Positions 48,733 to 48,818 of a DNA stretch of 48,818 nt are shown here, piece after piece. The notes under the pieces were generated by a model, which did not search any database, was not told where the DNA came from, and was given only the letters and a program-made list of their open reading frames with translations. This stretch comes from Syntrophobacterales bacterium GWC2_56_13 (lineage in GTDB: Bacteria; Desulfobacterota; Syntrophia; Syntrophales; UBA5619): NCBI GenBank assembly GCA_001830835.1, contig MICJ01000009.1, positions 1 through 48,818 of the forward strand, in the 5' to 3' direction. Each line of letters starts with the position of its first letter. The stretch's first letter is position 1. A program made the position numbers and the translations under genes.

Positions 48733-48818
48733 CATAATCGCCTCATATCTCCATAATAATGGGCAAGATCACAGGTTGCTGCACCCACAGGTATTCTCTT
48801 CGTACTCTACCAAAAGCC

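Overview
The window looks like a Deltaproteobacteria/Syntrophales-type chromosome segment; this is inferred from gene content and a delta-type NikR operator. Left to right it holds: (1) the 3' part of an AlbA/RecG-C-like ATPase-wHTH gene, a non-coding array of 35-bp palindromic units at an exact 62-bp period, and radC; (2) nikR plus a Nik(MN)QO ECF nickel transporter; (3) a lower-GC island (~5.3-26.4 kb) with IS remnants, AmiS/UreI- and SatP-type channels, a PocR-sensor kinase/NarL-type regulator pair, and a B12-dependent diol/glycerol-dehydratase microcompartment (BMC) operon. That operon starts with glycerol dehydrogenase, carries a CcmP-like BMC-T, and has no pduL, pduQ or pduW in the window; (4) an acyl-CoA ligase, larEBC, an M28 peptidase, an amrB-amrA fusion, glk, cspA, a GNAT and several short gene remnants; (5) a sulfur operon (metY-cysK-metX-metW-iscS-mnmA-nadA-fdhD-MOSC-cysE), preceded by a truncated Rrf2 gene and an apparent Met/Cys leader-peptide attenuator; (6) a defective IS4 and a REP-like element. 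The best candidates for novelty are the 62-bp array, the Met/Cys attenuator and the atypical BMC. All calls come from reading the sequence by eye; no searches were run, and GC statements are visual impressions.
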